This document shows, piece after piece, positions 62,801 through 64,000 of a DNA stretch of 64,000 nt. The position numbers and the translations under genes were made by a program. The stretch spans positions 23,807,899 through 23,871,898 of the forward strand of contig OZ316891.1 in the NCBI GenBank assembly GCA_973895155.1, in the 5' to 3' direction. Under the pieces are notes generated by a model. The model was given only the letters and a program-made list of their open reading frames with translations. It did no database searches and was not told where the DNA came from. The stretch is from Marsupella aquatica (lineage: Eukaryota; Plantae; Marchantiophyta). The stretch's first letter is position 1; the number at the start of each line of letters is the position of its first letter.

Positions 62801-64000
62801 AGATGGAGTCTGTCATCATTGCAGAGCTCGACAAGGAGCTAAGAGCAACCCAGGAGGAGAGGGCTACCTTGAAGAAGGAATTGGAGGAAGCCCACAGGGA
62901 GCAGGAGGAGGCCAAAAACGAGCTGGAGGGGGCACGTAAGGACCTGGATGAAACCCAAGAGGAGTTGGAGGAAATCACGAGGAAGATGGAGAACCTACAG
63001 CGGCGGGCCGACAACCAAACAGAGCGGCTGAAGAAACAAGCCGCAGTATTTAAATGCTTAGCTGCAGCAGGTCCATCTCCCGTTGGGACAAACCAGTTAC
63101 CAGGGGTGGTAATTGCCGAAGGACAAGCCGCGCCAACTGCACCAGTGCCGGAAGTAAGTGGGAAGGGGAAGGGACCAGCTGCCGAGCCACCAACGAAGAA
63201 GAAGCGGAAACCTTCAGGGTCAAGGAGTAATACGACTTCACAGGCCGTGGTGATCAAGGAGGTAGACCCAGCACCGACCCCAGACAGGGTCACGGCTAAG
63301 GATCCAACTACCCTAGGGGAAGGGGAGGCCAAAGCCGAGGGAGTGGCTGAAGCCGAAGCCGTGGGAGTGGCTGAGGCCAAAGCCGTGGGTATTGCCGAGG
63401 CCGGTGTCGAGGCTGAAGCCGAAGGTGGACCCAGTCAGGCCGATGGAGAGTTGACTCAGTCAAGGGCAGGTAATCTGTCAGAGAATGAACCTACGGCAGT
63501 GGCTGAGGAGGAAGCGTTGGGGGCGTCCATTAAGGATCCACCACCGGTGTCATGACAGTGCAAGGGCGCCGTTCCTTTTAGGGAGGGCGGACGTGGAGGG
63601 AGGAGGCGTGAGTGGGCAGGGCGGGCGCGGATCTCCACGTTTAGGATTAGGATCAGAACCAGGAGCGGCCCTGACACTTAGCTTAGTGGGATTGCGGTCC
63701 CACTGGTAGGAGCAACACTTGTGCTCCTGCCTTGCTGTACATAGGTAGATTCGGGCAAGTAGATTACTGTTAAGTAGATTAGGCTTACGATGCAAAGAAT
63801 GGCGGATCCACTACCAGGATAAGTACCTGGGCAGCGGGGAGCTCAGGGCCTCTTCTTTAGCAAGTTTTTAGTTTGCACCAGCCGGGCTGGGATCAAGTAG
63901 TACGAGAAGCTCTCGGTTAGTCATACAGTGACTCTTGTGTATATTCATGTTTCCTCATGCCTAAGAGCTGAATAGAGTTGGCCTCACGGCTTAGTTCGCA
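59817..64000 (+). mobile_element. Second family-X long LTR, inverted relative to copy 1, running off the window
   Basis: Starts TGTGATGCCTAGAC, the reverse complement of the end at 56820. Collinear with 56820-54459 plus 40911-39079. Confidence 0.92.
59932..63555 (+). pseudogene. Family-X ORF, copy 2 (about 1200 codons, two premature stops)
   Basis: ORFs 59932, 61237 and 62140 are in one frame. Stops at 61189 (GAA in copy 1) and 62131 (CGA in copy 1). Confidence 0.9.

Overview
Eukaryotic, TE-rich plant genomic DNA. The spliceosomal introns, plant tRNA-type primer binding sites and element types suggest a non-seed land plant such as a liverwort, but this is inference. Host genes are one intact four-exon BAHD acyltransferase (7480-10022) and a two-exon CYP85-clan cytochrome P450 fragment (about 13215-13934). 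A ~577-bp satellite array runs from about 21.9 to 29.3 kb. From 34.8 kb onward there is a three-level nest of Ty3/gypsy LTR retrotransposons. Four observations stand out. (1) Very long LTRs (about 4.0 and 4.7 kb; TG...CA ends, 5-bp TSDs, one copy followed by a PBS and gag) carry an 870-1150 aa ORF inside the LTR itself, in up to three families. (2) These ORFs share one domain, which also appears in the post-pol extra ORF of another element. (3) A young 13.5-kb element with apparently identical LTRs has Gag-PR and RT-RH-INT in the same frame, separated by a single TGA in a perfect TMV-type readthrough context (TGA CAA TTA). (4) Arrays of GACGCT-N-AGCGTC palindromes occupy that element's non-coding regions. 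All calls were made by eye; no database searches were run.
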